Shown: piece by piece, positions 61,331 to 64,000 of the stretch
How the letters are laid out: each line of letters starts with the position of its first letter
Position numbering within the stretch: the stretch's first letter is position 1
NCBI RefSeq assembly: GCF_009914755.1
Contig: NC_060939.1
DNA length: 64,000 nucleotides
Reading direction: 5' to 3' (one strand)
Source: the human T2T-CHM13v2.0 reference genome, Homo sapiens
The notes under the pieces: generated by a model
The model's database searches: none
Told to the model about the DNA's origin: nothing
Seen by the model: only the letters and a program-made list of their open reading frames with translations
Translations under genes and position numbers: made by a program

Positions 61331-63273
61331 TATAAAATCAGAATCTCAGAAGCTCAACCTTTCATCTAGTTTAGGAATTCAGTCAACTGTTATATTAACA
61401 TTTTACCTACTTTACTAAAAAATTCCTGAGAGATGGGAGGGGAGTTCATTTTGTCAGATGTGGTGCCAGGGGAACAGAACTAGACAATGGAAATCTGCTT
61501 AATAGGAGGATAGTTTCTTATATAACAATAAGAAATTTCCAAACGGTGTCTGAGCTGCTTTGGGAAAACCCGTGTTGCAGATTTTCAGGTTTAGACTGTG
61601 TAACAGTTTAATGGAAGATTGTTATGTTCTAACCTAAGTATTTTCTCGTTATTTAAAAACAATTTTTATTTCATTTCCTGTGTTATTAAAAACTATTTTT
61701 ATTTTGAATGACTTGATACTATTCCATTGCTCATTTTTTCTAACATGGCTAAGAAGTTGGGAAAATTCCTCCAATAAAATAATTACTTTAAAGCAAGTAA
61801 AACACGTTTTTAGCTCCTCCATTGTTCAGGACACTCTGGGAGAACTGAAGAAGATGCGAAAGTATAAAACAGTCCTGCCCTTAGGAGCTTACGGATTAAT
61901 TGAAGACAGGGCATAAACATTTGAAAAGTTACCCAACATCAGAGAATGAGAGGTCTCAGTGTCACAAGGCAATATGTAATTGCTGAGGAAATGATGCAAA
62001 TAGTTAATGTGTGAGAGTTTAGACAGGGAAAGATTATTTTATGGCTGGGTTTTTCAGGATAAGCTGACATTGTATGGTCAGGCGTTTCCCTTTCAAGGGA
62101 AAGCATAACACTATGTATACTTGTCTTGTTCTCTGTGCTCCTTTAGAGTTGAAGCTCTTTCCACTTCCTGGTACCCAATGGCACCTCTCACCACAGTGCT
62201 TTTTACAAAGTAGGTGCTTGGGGATATTGTTAAGTTGAATGAGTACAGAGTTGTGTGGTATGTGGGGGTTGTGGTAGGAAAAAGAATTTCAGTGTTATGG
62301 TGATAAGAGCTTGGGGTAATTTTCTGTTTTGGTTTTTGTTTTTCTTTTATTATTTGGTTATAATTGAGACCAGGAGTAATACGGTCCCTAAGCAAGAGAG
62401 AAAGAGCAGTGTGTGTCTTTCAGTAGAGTCTTTCTAATTTATTCAAAGATAAATTAGAAAAGGATTCTACCCTTATGTACATAAATAACTATTAGGCGAT
62501 AAAGAGATATAAAGTGCCATAAGAAAGTTTAGAGGAAGTTTGGAACGAGAAGAGATTATTTCTGATGGTAGGTCATGAAAAGGTTCGTGGAGGAGAGGTG
62601 ACTTTTGAAGGTAACATTTGAATTGGCAGGGATGGGTGGGGCTGATCACCTAAAAGTTATACTAAACCTTGTATTCTTTGTGGGCATCCCTGTCTCTACC
62701 TTCCTGCATCGTGGCTTGATGACATCTATTTTCTCTCAAAACTTCTTCACATTTTGGCCCTAACAAATTTACCCCATCTCATTTAACATGCTATCACTTA
62801 AAAAATTAATTAATTAATTTTTAGAGAAAGGGTCTTGCTCTCTTGCCCAGGTTGGAGTGCAGGGGTGCAATCATAGCTCATGGCAGCCGGGAACTCTTGG
62901 GCTCCAGCCATCCCCAGACCTCAGCCTTGTGAGTAGCTGGGACTGCAGATGCATGCCACCATGCTGGCTTAACATGCCATCTTGACCTCTTTCCCTGTAG
63001 CAGTGGGAAAAACGTATTTTTCTCCTAACACTTAACCTTCTATGTGTGATCTAGATCCTATCCCTTCTTGTCTTCTAGGGTTCTTATTCCAATATTATTT
63101 TCCCAACTATAACTTGCACTTTTTTTCCTGCTGCTTCTTTCTCTTTAGCACATGAACATCCTCACCCATTCAAGATACACTTCCTTACTCCTAGATACCC
63201 TGATTGTTTTCCCCTCTTTGTTCTTTCAAGGAAAATTTCCTATATTCACTTTTTTTTTTTTTTTTTTTTTTAG

Positions 63274-63384
<111 letters not shown>

Positions 63385-63771
63385 TGAGATTATGGGTGCC
63401 CGCCACAACAGCCAGCTAATTTTTGTATTTTTAGTAGAGATGGGGTCTTACCATGTTGGCCAGGCTGGTCTCGAACTCCTGACCTCAAATGATCCACCCG
63501 CCTTGGCCTCCCAAAGTGCTGGGATTACAGACGTGAGCCACTGCGCCAGGCCTTAATTTTTACATTTTTTTGTAGAAACGGGTTTCACTGGGTTGCCCAG
63601 CCTGGCCTCGAACTTACGAACTCAAGTGTTCTACTCACCTTGGCTTCCCAAAATGCTGGGATTGCAAGTGTGAGCCACTGTGCCCTGCCCCTATATTCAC
63701 TTCCTTAACTTAACTCATTTGGATGTAATTCCTGTGCCTTCCTTTTCCCCATTGAAATTTCTCTTGCTTAG

Positions 63772-64000
63772 TTCCACCAACAGTGTAAAAGTGTTCCTAT
63801 TTCTCCACATCCTCTCCAGCACCTGTTGTTTCCTGACTTTTTAATGAGCGACATTCTAACTGGTGTGAGATGGCATCTCATTGTGGTTTTGATTTGCATT
63901 TCTCTGATGACCAGTGATGATGAGCATTTTTTCATGTGTCTGTTGGCTGCATAAATGTCTTCTTTTGAGAAGTGTCTGTTCATATCCTTTGCCCACTTTT
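63772..64000 (-). mobile_element. L1PA ORF2 C-terminal fragment, continuing past the window
   Basis: [44 protein letters not shown]...[16 protein letters not shown]. Confidence 0.92.

Overview
Human genomic DNA, very rich in Alu elements. I recognise it from the encoded proteins as the GABARAPL3-ZNF774-IQGAP1 region (15q26.1, from memory). It contains: (1) an intronless GABARAPL1 retrocopy (GABARAPL3, minus strand) with an intact 117-codon ORF, lying inside an old MLT1 LTR and carrying a HERV-K solo LTR in its 3' UTR; (2) the complete ZNF774 gene (plus strand, 4 exons, 483 aa, 12 C2H2 fingers); (3) an intergenic stretch with a solo LTR12, nested MaLR elements and an NDUFA3 processed pseudogene; (4) the IQGAP1 CpG-island promoter, exons 1-2 and the start of intron 2. 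Nearly all other ORFs in the track are Alu or GC-rich artefacts. I found no convincing new multi-gene system. The best leads are three. The ZNF774 N-terminus is read out of frame from a dead KRAB-A exon and is overlapped by a uORF that uses the old KRAB frame. The retrocopy has a possible borrowed promoter and an LTR-supplied polyA signal. The architecture ~50-bp repeat / Alu / ~50-bp repeat / Alu head occurs twice. Repeat subfamily names and comparisons with parental proteins come from memory, not from a database search, and most repeat boundaries are approximate.
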